A stretch of DNA of 64,000 bases, taken from the NCBI GenBank assembly GCA_963703435.1, contig CAVPEJ010000002.1, forward strand, positions 1,179,328 through 1,243,327, written 5' to 3'. Below, one piece after another: positions 27,511 through 36,120 of this stretch (its first letter is position 1; each line of letters begins with the position of its first letter). A model generated the notes under the pieces. It ran no database searches. It was not told the origin of the DNA and saw nothing but the letters and a program-made list of their open reading frames with translations. The stretch is from an uncultured Thermoleophilia bacterium (lineage in GTDB: Bacteria; Actinomycetota; Thermoleophilia; Gaiellales; Gaiellaceae). A program made the translations under genes and the position numbers.

Positions 27511-28323
27511 GTGACGATCGCGGAGCTGCAGGAGGACCGGGTCGTCGAGGGCGTCTACGCCGTCAAGGCGAAGCGGAAGCTACGTACCCGCGGTGGCGCG
27601 ACGTACCTCGCACTCGAGCTCGTCGATCCGACGGGGAAGATCGACGCGCGCGTCTGGAGCGACGTCGAGCTCCTCGACGGACGGTTCACCGAGGGCGATG
27701 CGGTGCGTGTACTGGGACGCGTGGAGCGCTTTCGCGACCGTCTGCAGCTGGACGTCCGGTCGCTGGAGACCGCCGACGTCGATCCCGAGTCGCTGACGCC
27801 GGCGGCCCGGCGCGACACCGACGAAGTGCACGGCTTCCTCGAGTTCCTCGTGAGCGAGATCACACATCCGGGGCTCGCGGAGACGGTGCAGTCCGTGCTC
27901 GCCGCGGCGCCGTTCGCGGGCCGTCCTGCCACGCCCGACGGTCATCACTCATACGCGGGCGGTTTGCTCGAGCACACGGTCGGGGTGGCGACGATCTGCC
28001 GCGAGACTGCCCAGCTCCATCCTCGGCTCCGCGGCGACCTGTTGCTGGCCGCGGCGCTCGTGCACGACGCCGGTCGCGTTCCGGAGCTCGGCCCCGGCCC
28101 TGCGTTCACCGTCACCGATGAGGGGACGCTCCTCGGGCACGTCCAGCTCGGCATCCGGCTCGTCGACGCGCACGCGCGCAGCCTCACGCCCGTGCAGCAG
28201 GCCGAGCTGTTGCACTGCGTCGCCGTGCACCACGACCTGCGCGCCGCGCGGACAGCCGAGGCCGCCGTGCTCCATCACGCGAACGCGCTCGACGCAGTCG
28301 CAGCGACCCGCCCGACCGGTTGA
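27511..28323 (+). CDS. YhaM-like OB-fold + HD-domain 3'-5' exoribonuclease family protein
   Basis: N-terminal OB fold (GATYLALELVDPTGKIDARVW) and HD region HHSYAGGLLEHT...LVHDAG. Confidence 0.7.
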   Translation: MTIAELQEDRVVEGVYAVKAKRKLRTRGGATYLALELVDPTGKIDARVWSDVELLDGRFTEGDAVRVLGRVERFRDRLQLDVRSLETADVDPESLTPAARRDTDEVHGFLEFLVSEITHPGLAETVQSVLAAAPFAGRPATPDGHHSYAGGLLEHTVGVATICRETAQLHPRLRGDLLLAAALVHDAGRVPELGPGPAFTVTDEGTLLGHVQLGIRLVDAHARSLTPVQQAELLHCVAVHHDLRAARTAEAAVLHHANALDAVAATRPTG

Positions 28324-29147
28324 CGGCATTCGCACTCGCGCTCGGCGCGAGCCTCGCGTGGGGCGTCGCCGACTTCGTCGGCCCACTGTGGGGCCGCACC
28401 TGGGGGGCGCTCCGCGTCCTGCTGTGGGCGCAGGTCGGCGGCGTCATCTCGATCGCGATCGCGGTGGCGATCCGCGGCGAGGGCCCGCACGGATGGGCGA
28501 TCCTGCTCGCCGCGCCCGCAGCGCTCTCCGGGACACTCGGGTTGTACGCCTACTACCGCGGCATGGCGGTCGGCGCGATGAGCGTCGTCGCACCGATCGC
28601 CGGCGTGTCGGCGATCGTGCCGGTGATCTTCGGGATCGCCGCCGGCGACAGCCCGTCGGCCGGCCAGCTCGCCGGTGTCGCGTGCGCGATCCTCGGCGTC
28701 GGGCTGGCGTCGCTCGAGCACCAGGAAGGCGGGCGTAGCCTCGCCGCCGGCGTCGGGCTGGCGGCAATCGCGGCCGTCGGCTTCGGGTTCTACTTCCCGC
28801 CGATGCACGCGGCGGGCCGCGCCGACTTCTGGTGGGCATCGCTGCTCTTCCGCTCGACGGCGTGCATCGTCGTCGTCCTGGCGGTCGCCGCACGACGACC
28901 GCCCCTCCGGCTGGGACGGCTCGACCTTGCCGTGGTGGTGGCCGTGGGCATCGGCGACACGCTCGGCAACGTCTTCTTCGCTGCGTCGTCGAGCCACGGT
29001 CTCGTCAGCCTGACATCCGTGCTCGCGTCGCTCTATCCGATCGTGACGGTGCTGCTCGCCGCAGCGGTGCTGCATGAGCGCGTCTCTGCACCGCAGCGGC
29101 TGGGGATCCTGCTCACGCTGACCGGCGTCGTGCTGATCTCGATGTAG
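28320..29147 (+). CDS. EamA/DMT family transporter
   Basis: TTGA overlap upstream. About ten hydrophobic segments and a duplicated EamA-like pattern. Confidence 0.75.
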   Translation: MTAFALALGASLAWGVADFVGPLWGRTWGALRVLLWAQVGGVISIAIAVAIRGEGPHGWAILLAAPAALSGTLGLYAYYRGMAVGAMSVVAPIAGVSAIVPVIFGIAAGDSPSAGQLAGVACAILGVGLASLEHQEGGRSLAAGVGLAAIAAVGFGFYFPPMHAAGRADFWWASLLFRSTACIVVVLAVAARRPPLRLGRLDLAVVVAVGIGDTLGNVFFAASSSHGLVSLTSVLASLYPIVTVLLAAAVLHERVSAPQRLGILLTLTGVVLISM

Positions 29148-29164
29148 GTACTCGGTGTAGCTGC

Positions 29165-30088
29165 TCAGACGTTGAAGCGGATGTTCAGCACGTCGCCGTC
29201 ACGGACGACGTAGGTCTTGCCTTCGAGGCGCTGCTTCCCTCGCTTCGCCACCTCTGCATGCGACCCCGCGTCGACCAGGTCGTGCCAGTCGACCACCTCG
29301 CAGCGGATGAAGCCGCGGGCGATGTCGGAGTGGATCGAGCCGGCAGCGTCGAGCGCCGTCTCGCCCGAGCGAAGCGTCCACGCGCGTGTCTCCTTCTCGC
29401 CGACCGTGAAGAACGTGATCAGGTCGAGCGCGTCGCGCAATCGCCGGACCACGCCGTCGAGCGCGGAGTCCGCGCCGTCACGGAACGAGGCCGCCTCCTC
29501 GTCGGGAAGGTCGGCCAGCTCGGCCTCGAGCTTGAGGTCGACGCCGCCGGAGCCGTTGACCACAGCGAGCAGCGGCTTCGTGGTGAGCGGCTCGAGCTCG
29601 GCGGGCAGCTCCCCCGGATAGTCGGCGAGCGTCTGGCCGGCATCGACGTGCTGAAGGACTCGCGTGAGCTCGTCGACCTCCGCGCGCAGACTCGCGTCGC
29701 CCGACTTCGCCTGCTTGGTGACGCGCTCGAGCCGTCGCTCGACGTGATCGCGATCTGAGACGAGCAGCTCGAGCCGGAACGTCTCGAGATCCCCGTCCGG
29801 ATCGGGGTCGGGCCCGAAGCCGCGCAGCACGACGAGCAGCGCGTCGACCTGGCGCAGGTTCCCGAGCTGCGCATCGCCGCTGCCGGGAACGTCCTGCACC
29901 CGAATCGTCGCGGGCGTCACCTTGCGGGCTTGCACGACCTGAGCCAGCGCCTCGAGCCGCTCGTCGGCGATCGGCGCGATCCCCACGTTGGTCTTGCCGT
30001 ACTCCCCGCCTGCCGCCTTCGTCAGCGCGGTGAACAGCGACGTCTTGCCGCTGCCGGACGGACCGACGATGCCGATCTCGAGCGCCAC
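29165..30088 (-). CDS. ychF: redox-regulated ATPase YchF (Obg-like), short form
   Basis: G1 motif GIVGPSGSGKTSLF and C-terminal TGS-like RAWTLRSGETALDAAGSIHSDIARGFIRCEV...GKTYVVRDGDVLNIRFNV. Confidence 0.85.
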   Translation of the reverse strand: MALEIGIVGPSGSGKTSLFTALTKAAGGEYGKTNVGIAPIADERLEALAQVVQARKVTPATIRVQDVPGSGDAQLGNLRQVDALLVVLRGFGPDPDPDGDLETFRLELLVSDRDHVERRLERVTKQAKSGDASLRAEVDELTRVLQHVDAGQTLADYPGELPAELEPLTTKPLLAVVNGSGGVDLKLEAELADLPDEEAASFRDGADSALDGVVRRLRDALDLITFFTVGEKETRAWTLRSGETALDAAGSIHSDIARGFIRCEVVDWHDLVDAGSHAEVAKRGKQRLEGKTYVVRDGDVLNIRFNV

Positions 30089-30100
30089 CCGGCGGGACCG

Positions 30101-30334
30101 TCAGCCGTTCGCGCCGAAACCGACGCGGCTCTCACGAGCGAAACGCTTGACGTAGACGACGCGCCGCAGCAGCACCGTGTAGCGCCCGTCCTCGGCGTCG
30201 AAGGAGAAGGAGCCGTCGCCGGACCCCGCCAGCACACGGTCGAGCTCGTCGGCGGTCCCCGCGGTGACGAGCACCGACAGCACCTGGGGCCCCTCGAAGG
30301 CGATCTCGACTCGCTGGCGGTCAGACGGATCCAT
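30101..30334 (-). CDS. DUF3107-like small protein
   Basis: 77 aa. The tail RVVYVKRFARESRVGFG matches the DUF3107 C-terminal pattern. Confidence 0.6.
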   Translation of the reverse strand: MDPSDRQRVEIAFEGPQVLSVLVTAGTADELDRVLAGSGDGSFSFDAEDGRYTVLLRRVVYVKRFARESRVGFGANG

Positions 30335-30731
30335 CGACCACCAACTCTGCCAGGACCCCGCCGGTCGCCTGCGGGTGAACGAACGCGACCTGCAGCCCGA
30401 ACAGACCGGGGCGCGGCTCCTCGTCGATCAGCTCGACGCCGTCCGCGCGGAGCCGCGCGAGCTCGGCGGCCAGGTCGGCGACGCCGAAGGCGACGTGGTG
30501 CAGGCCGGGGCCGCGCCTGGCGACGAACCTCCCGACGGGCGTGTCCGGCCCGAGCGGGCGCAGCAGCTCGATGCGGGAGGAGCCGACGCGCAGCGAGACG
30601 GCCTCGACACCCTGGTCGGGAACGGTGGCGCGATGCTCGACCTCCGCCGCGAACAGTTGCGCGTAGGTCGCGACGGCAGCGTCGAGATCCTCGACGGCGA
30701 CGCCGACGTGATGGATGCCTAGCCCGCCCAC
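30321..30731 (-). CDS. mce: methylmalonyl-CoA epimerase (VOC/glyoxalase fold)
   Basis: Contains IHHVGVAVEDLDAAV and GPGLHHVAFGV. I chose GTG 30731. The longer track start at 30770 would overlap the upstream gene by 52 nt. Confidence 0.8.
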   Translation of the reverse strand: MGGLGIHHVGVAVEDLDAAVATYAQLFAAEVEHRATVPDQGVEAVSLRVGSSRIELLRPLGPDTPVGRFVARRGPGLHHVAFGVADLAAELARLRADGVELIDEEPRPGLFGLQVAFVHPQATGGVLAELVVDGSV

Positions 30732-31282
30732 TCGCGCCGCAGGATCGCGTACTGGAGCTCGCTCTGCCACTCACCCTTCACCCACTCGTTCTCGACGAGC
30801 GTCGCCTCCAAGCGCATCCCGAGCCGCTCGAGCACGCGAGCCGAGCCGGTGTTGCGCGCCTCGGTCCGCCCGATCACCCGGTGCAGGCCGAACTCGCGGA
30901 AGCCCCAGTCGAGCAGGGCGCGCGCCGCCTCGGTCGCATAGCCCCGTCCCTGGTACGCGGGATCGACCGTGAACCCGATCTCCCCGGTCCGGTGCTCGAC
31001 ACTTCGCCAGTTCAGCCCCACGTCGCCGACCATCACGCCCGAGGCGCGCTCGACGATCGCCGCCGGCAGCCAGTCGTTCTCGGCCGCCAGCGCCCGTGCG
31101 CCGATGCGCAGGTCGAGCTTCGCGCGCGCCTCGTCGAGTGAGAGCGGCTCGTTGTACAGGTAGCGCGCAACCTCCGGGTTCGAGCGGATCGCATGGAAGG
31201 CCTCGAGATCGCCGGCGTCATGCGGGCGCAGCTCGAGCCGCTCGGTGCGGAGCGGCCAGTCGGGTGCCGCGCCGCCCGTCAC
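30719..31282 (-). CDS. GNAT family N-acetyltransferase (RimJ/RimL-like)
   Basis: Trimmed to GTG 31282. Contains LRTERLELRP and QGRGYATEAARALLDWGF. Confidence 0.8.
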   Translation of the reverse strand: MTGGAAPDWPLRTERLELRPHDAGDLEAFHAIRSNPEVARYLYNEPLSLDEARAKLDLRIGARALAAENDWLPAAIVERASGVMVGDVGLNWRSVEHRTGEIGFTVDPAYQGRGYATEAARALLDWGFREFGLHRVIGRTEARNTGSARVLERLGMRLEATLVENEWVKGEWQSELQYAILRREWAG

Positions 31283-31292
31283 GGGGACAACG

Positions 31293-32828
31293 CTACCGGC
31301 CGAGGTCGGCGCCGAGTGCCCGCACGACGCCGACGGAGTCGGACGAGAGCGAATCGGGCTTGACGTCGGCGAAGGTCGCAACGAGCTCGTCGCGCGACAG
31401 TGTCTCCTGGTCGAGCAGCGCTTGGGCGATCCGATCGAGCGCCGGACGATGCGTGACGAGCATGCGCATCGCCTCCGAATACGCGAAGTCGGTCAGCTGC
31501 GCCTGCTCGGAGTCGCGGAGGCGCTTTGTCTCCTCGGAGAGCGCGTAGTTGTCCGCGCGCAAGGTGCGTGACGTGACGTGCTCGCCCATCCCCCACTCGA
31601 AGACCATCGCGCGGGCGATCTGCGTGACCTTCTCGAGGTCGTTCGCGGCGCCGTTGGTCACCCGTCCGAACACGAGCTCCTCGGCCGCGCGACCGGCCAG
31701 GCCGACGACCATCCAGTCGAGCAGCTCCTCCTTGGTCTCCAGATACCGCTCCTCCTCGGGCAGGTGGAGCACGTACCCGAGCGCGGTCCCGCGGGCGATG
31801 ATCGACGCCTTCTGGGGCTCCTTCCCGACAAGGTGTGACATCAGCGCATGACCGCCCTCGTGGTACGCGAGGATCCGCTTCTCCTTGTCGGTGACGACGC
31901 GACGTTGCTGCAGCCCCGCGACGACGCGCTCGAGCGCATTCTCGAAATCGGCGCCGGTGATCGACAACGCACCCTTGCGACCGGCTCCGATGGCAGCCTC
32001 GTTGCAGATGTTCGCGAGGTCCGCACCCGTGAGCCCCGAGGTCTGGCGGGCGACGCTCTCGAGCGCGACGTCGTCGGCGAGCGGCTTGCCCCGGGTGTGG
32101 ACGCCGAGAATCTCGAGCCGCCCCTTCAGGTCGGGGGGCTGAATGAGGATCTGCCGGTCGAACCGGCCGGGGCGGAGCAGCGCCGGGTCGAGATCCTGCA
32201 GCCGGTTCGAGGCGCCCATCACGACCACCTGGTCGCGCGGCCCGAACCCGTCGAGCTCGACGAGCAGCTGGTTCAGGGTCTGGTCCTGCTCGCGGTTGAA
32301 CGAGTGGCCGCTACGCGCCTGTCCCACGGCGTCGAGCTCGTCGATGAAGACGATCGACGGAGCGTTCTTGCGCGCGTCGTCGAACAGCTTGCGGATGCGG
32401 GCCGCGCCGAGGCCGGCGAACATCTCGACGAAGGCGGAAGCGCTCTGCGCGTAGAAGCGCGATCCGGACTCGTTCGCGACCGCCTTGGCCGCGAGCGTCT
32501 TGCCGGTGCCCGGCGGCCCGTGGAAGAGGATCCCCTTGGGCACCCGGGCGCCGAGCTGCTCGAACCGCTTCGGGTCACGCAGGAAGTCGACGATCTCCTG
32601 GAGCTCCTCCTTGGCTTCGTCGAGCCCGGCGACGTCGGCCCAGGTCACCGAGGAGGCGGACCCGGGCGTGATCTCGTGCGGCTTGACGCGAGGCATCAGC
32701 CGCACCGTCTTCCAGAGCAGCCAGACGACGACGCACATCAGGGCGAAGAACATGACCGGGAGCCATGTGAGCGCGAAGTCGCGCGCCCAGGACACGAACT
32801 GGAACCCCAAGAGCATCCCGTGACCCAT
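31293..32828 (-). CDS. FtsH-like AAA+ zinc metalloprotease lacking the extracytoplasmic domain
   Basis: One N-terminal TM segment, Walker A GPPGTGKT, Walker B IVFIDELD, SRH, and zinc site HEGGHAL. Only 511 aa. Confidence 0.85.
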   Translation of the reverse strand: MGHGMLLGFQFVSWARDFALTWLPVMFFALMCVVVWLLWKTVRLMPRVKPHEITPGSASSVTWADVAGLDEAKEELQEIVDFLRDPKRFEQLGARVPKGILFHGPPGTGKTLAAKAVANESGSRFYAQSASAFVEMFAGLGAARIRKLFDDARKNAPSIVFIDELDAVGQARSGHSFNREQDQTLNQLLVELDGFGPRDQVVVMGASNRLQDLDPALLRPGRFDRQILIQPPDLKGRLEILGVHTRGKPLADDVALESVARQTSGLTGADLANICNEAAIGAGRKGALSITGADFENALERVVAGLQQRRVVTDKEKRILAYHEGGHALMSHLVGKEPQKASIIARGTALGYVLHLPEEERYLETKEELLDWMVVGLAGRAAEELVFGRVTNGAANDLEKVTQIARAMVFEWGMGEHVTSRTLRADNYALSEETKRLRDSEQAQLTDFAYSEAMRMLVTHRPALDRIAQALLDQETLSRDELVATFADVKPDSLSSDSVGVVRALGADLGR

Positions 32829-32849
32829 CGGCAGACTCCGGACCGGCCT

Positions 32850-33458
32850 TTACAGCTCGGCCAGAATCTCGTCGAGGGAGGCGAACCTGACGCCGCGCCC
32901 GCGCCAGTCCGCGAGGCAGGCCTCAGTGCGCTCGGCGTCGAGGCCCCGGGAGGCCTCGCCGACGAAGGCCACGGCCCGCCCGCGGGCCAGCAGGCCCCGG
33001 ATGGCCGCGTCGTCGCAAACGTCGGTCGCGACGCCGAAGAGCACGATCTCCTCGGGGTCGAGGCGCTCGAGCAGGACGTCCGTGTTCGGGTTGGTGAACA
33101 CGTCGAAGTGCTTCTTCAGCAGAAGGAACTCACGGCCCTCGAGGTAGCGGTCGGGCACAGGTGTGAGCGCGAGCGGCACCGGGTCCTCCTGACGGGTCGC
33201 GGGCACCTTCTCCGCGCCGCGGGTCCCGCGCAGGCAGTGCGGCGGATACGTCTCGCGATAGTCGGGCTCGTCCGAGATCTCGTCGTCGGTGAGCTCGTGG
33301 TCGTCGGCCGACGCGACGTGCGGAACGCCGGCCTCCCGTGCAGCGACCACCAGCCGCTCCATCGCGGGCACGGCGGCCTCGGCGCCGGGAACCGCGAGCT
33401 TGCCGTCGGCGCGGACGAAGTCGATCTGCGTGTCGACGTCCCAGAGGACGCGCCTCAC
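32850..33458 (-). CDS. pncA: nicotinamidase/isochorismatase family hydrolase
   Basis: Trimmed to GTG 33458 (GTGA overlap with pncB). Contains WDVDTQIDF and LFGVATDVCD. Confidence 0.8.
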   Translation of the reverse strand: MRRVLWDVDTQIDFVRADGKLAVPGAEAAVPAMERLVVAAREAGVPHVASADDHELTDDEISDEPDYRETYPPHCLRGTRGAEKVPATRQEDPVPLALTPVPDRYLEGREFLLLKKHFDVFTNPNTDVLLERLDPEEIVLFGVATDVCDDAAIRGLLARGRAVAFVGEASRGLDAERTEACLADWRGRGVRFASLDEILAEL

Positions 33459-34531
33459 TCGACGCGCTCCAGGCGCGGGTTCGGCCGGGCCCGACGACCG
33501 ACCTTGGCAACCGGGCGACCGTCGACCGTGACGATGTCGGCGGTGAAGTCGTTCGATCCGCGGATCAGCGACGAGCCGACGCCGTAGGCGTCGACGGGCA
33601 CGGCGGCCGCTTCGAACTCGCGGATCTTCTCGAGTGTGAAGCCGCCGGAGACGACGATCTTCACCTGCGGGAAGCCGGCCGCGTCGAGCGCATCGCGCAC
33701 CTTCCACACGAGCCGAGGATTGACCCCCGTCGGGCGGAAGTCGCCCAGCTCCTCCCAGAGCGAGCGATCGACGAGCGACTCTGCCGTGTCGAGCCGGACG
33801 CCCCAGAGCCGCGGCCCGAGTGCCTGGGCGACCTCGAGCGCCGTCCGGACCGAGTCGTTCTCGAAGTCGACCAAGACCGTGACGTTCATGTCGTCCGGCG
33901 CCCAGTCGGCGAAGTGCTTCGCGGCGAGCACGGTGTCGCCGCCGTAGGCCGCGATCAACGCATGCGGCACGGTGCCGAGACCGCGGCCGCCCCACCACGA
34001 GGCCTGCTCGTCGGTCGTGACGCCGATCGGCGCGCCGGCGACCTGGCCCGCGACGTACGCGGCATAGCCGTCGCCCGTCTGCACGCGGTGGTGGTCGTGT
34101 CGCGCCGGCATGAAGATGAGCGGCTTGCCGTTGGCGGCCTCGAGCACGTGGACGACGTTGGTCGTGATCAGCGTGCGCCGCGCGAGCGTCCCGAGATAGA
34201 CGGTCTCGAGATGCGCGAACGCGGTGTAGTCGCCCGCGATCGTCAGCACAGTCTCGTAGGGCTCGATTCGCTCGCCGTCGTACAACGCGTGCACGTCGAG
34301 CGCCTCGAACTGCTCGGCGCACAGCTTCAGGATCGCGATCGCCTCGTCCATGCCGCCGAGGTAGGCGTCGCGCTTCTGGAACACCTGCATCAGCACGTGC
34401 GGGCGGCGACCGTCCTGCAGCAGGGCCGCACGCGTGTGGTTGAAGTACGCGTCGGTGTACCAGCCGGCGCGCATCTTCTCGACCGGCAGGTCGAAGACGC
34501 TCGGATCGAGCCGGGAGCGGGTCGCGATCAC
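33455..34531 (-). CDS. pncB: nicotinate phosphoribosyltransferase
   Basis: Trimmed to GTG 34531 (GTGA overlap). Contains WYTDAYFNHT and RLDTAESL. Confidence 0.8.
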   Translation of the reverse strand: MIATRSRLDPSVFDLPVEKMRAGWYTDAYFNHTRAALLQDGRRPHVLMQVFQKRDAYLGGMDEAIAILKLCAEQFEALDVHALYDGERIEPYETVLTIAGDYTAFAHLETVYLGTLARRTLITTNVVHVLEAANGKPLIFMPARHDHHRVQTGDGYAAYVAGQVAGAPIGVTTDEQASWWGGRGLGTVPHALIAAYGGDTVLAAKHFADWAPDDMNVTVLVDFENDSVRTALEVAQALGPRLWGVRLDTAESLVDRSLWEELGDFRPTGVNPRLVWKVRDALDAAGFPQVKIVVSGGFTLEKIREFEAAAVPVDAYGVGSSLIRGSNDFTADIVTVDGRPVAKVGRRARPNPRLERVE

Positions 34532-35298
34532 GAAGTCTCCAGCTCGAGACAGGCCTGGAGGGCGGCCTCGGCGACCTCCAGCTGCGCGGCCGTCGGCTCG
34601 CGCGTGCCGAGCCGGTGCTGCAGCTCGTGACCCGGCCACGCGAGCGCGCGGGCGAGCCGGTGCTCGGGATTGCGCGTCATCCAGCCGAACGTCTCGACCG
34701 ACGCCGCGAGCGCTCCGACGGCCGCTGCGGCGCGGGCTGCCGGGCGCACCGACGCCGGCGTCCGCTCCGCGGCGAGGTTCCCGGCCGCGGTCGCGAGGAC
34801 GAGCGGGCCGACGAGATGCGAGCCGCAGCGCTCGTGCTCCTTCGGCCGGTCCTCTCCGTGCTCGTAGGCTCCGATCGAGATGTGCTCCGCGCCGTGATAC
34901 GCGGCGAGCTCGCCCCCGCGGAGCGCGAAGACCGCAGGCGCGAGCGTCAGCAGTCCGGAGGCCAGCTCGCGCGCAGCCGGCCGGAGCTGCGAACGCTTCA
35001 GCATCTGCAGGACCGCGGCGCTCCCGACCATCGACGCGAGCACCCGCGGCCGCTCCATCGGCAGCACCGCCTCGGGAAGCTCGCGCTTCACCTGCGGCAG
35101 GAGCGCGAAGACCTCGGCGATCCTCGCAGGGCCGCGAAGGAGCGGCGAGCGCACGCCGGCCGCCGAGAAGCGCTTGTGCCGCGCGACCACCTTCAGCTCG
35201 CCGCCGTCCGTCCGCACCGCGCAGGCCCACGCGCGCGGGCCGTGCACGAGCACGCCGTTCCCGAGCGCCATCCCGCCGAGCCGAAGCTTCTCCTCCAT
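34528..35298 (-). CDS. DUF1385 (YqhQ-like) family protein
   Basis: Contains GGMALGNGVLVHG and YHGAEHISIGAYEHG...HERCGSHL. Confidence 0.75.
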   Translation of the reverse strand: MEEKLRLGGMALGNGVLVHGPRAWACAVRTDGGELKVVARHKRFSAAGVRSPLLRGPARIAEVFALLPQVKRELPEAVLPMERPRVLASMVGSAAVLQMLKRSQLRPAARELASGLLTLAPAVFALRGGELAAYHGAEHISIGAYEHGEDRPKEHERCGSHLVGPLVLATAAGNLAAERTPASVRPAARAAAAVGALAASVETFGWMTRNPEHRLARALAWPGHELQHRLGTREPTAAQLEVAEAALQACLELETS

Positions 35299-35335
35299 CT
35301 GCGGGAATTGAAGCGAACTCGAGGCTCTCGTCGCG

Positions 35336-36094
35336 TTATCGTCGCGTGCCGAGGACGAGCAGGTACCGGCGCGGCGCCCTGATCCCGCCCTCCGGCGTGC
35401 GATAGCCCTCGTACAGCTCGACGAACGCCCGGTGGAGCTCCTCGACCCGGTCGGGGTCGAGCTGGCGGACCAGCGCCATCACCGGCGGGGCCGACGTCGA
35501 GAAGAGCTCCCAGACCTCCTCGCCGCTGCCGGCCTCGAGCCAGAGCGTCCCGTCCTCGAACTCGAGCTCGAACTCCTCGGCGAGCATGTCCTCGACGTGG
35601 TCCTCGCGGCCCCACTCGTAGGCCTCCCGGCCGTCGAGCGGCTCGTGGGTGAAGTTGCGGTACAGCTCGCTGAGCTTCGGGTTCGGCTTCCAGCCCGTGA
35701 ACCCGACCCGCCCGCCGCTCCTGGTCACCCGCCGGAGCTCGTCCGCGACGTTCGCGTGGTCCGGTGCGAACACGAGGCCGAACGCCGACGCGACGACGTC
35801 GAACGAGGCATCGTCGTACGGCAGGTGCTCGACGTCGCCGAGCTCGAACTGGATGTCGACGCCCGCTTCCTCGGCGGCGACGCGCGCCTTCGCAAGCATC
35901 GGCTCGGCGAGGTCGAGGCCGGTCACGAGCGCACCCGCCCGGGCGGCGCGGATCGCCACGGCGCCCGTCCCGGTGGCCAGATCGAGCAGTCGTTCTCCGG
36001 GCTGGACGTCGAGCAGCTCCACCAGCCGGTCGTGAACGGGCGCGAACCGGGCAGCCAGCCGCTCGTACGCACCGATGCCCCAGACCTCGCCCAC
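35336..36094 (-). CDS. class I SAM-dependent methyltransferase
   Basis: Motif I LLDLATGTGAVA and FDVVASAFGLVF. I chose GTG 36094. ATG 36172 would overlap the divergent rarA. Confidence 0.75.
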   Translation of the reverse strand: MGEVWGIGAYERLAARFAPVHDRLVELLDVQPGERLLDLATGTGAVAIRAARAGALVTGLDLAEPMLAKARVAAEEAGVDIQFELGDVEHLPYDDASFDVVASAFGLVFAPDHANVADELRRVTRSGGRVGFTGWKPNPKLSELYRNFTHEPLDGREAYEWGREDHVEDMLAEEFELEFEDGTLWLEAGSGEEVWELFSTSAPPVMALVRQLDPDRVEELHRAFVELYEGYRTPEGGIRAPRRYLLVLGTRR

Positions 36095-36120
36095 GCGCGC
36101 CCCGAGAGCATACTTTCGCC

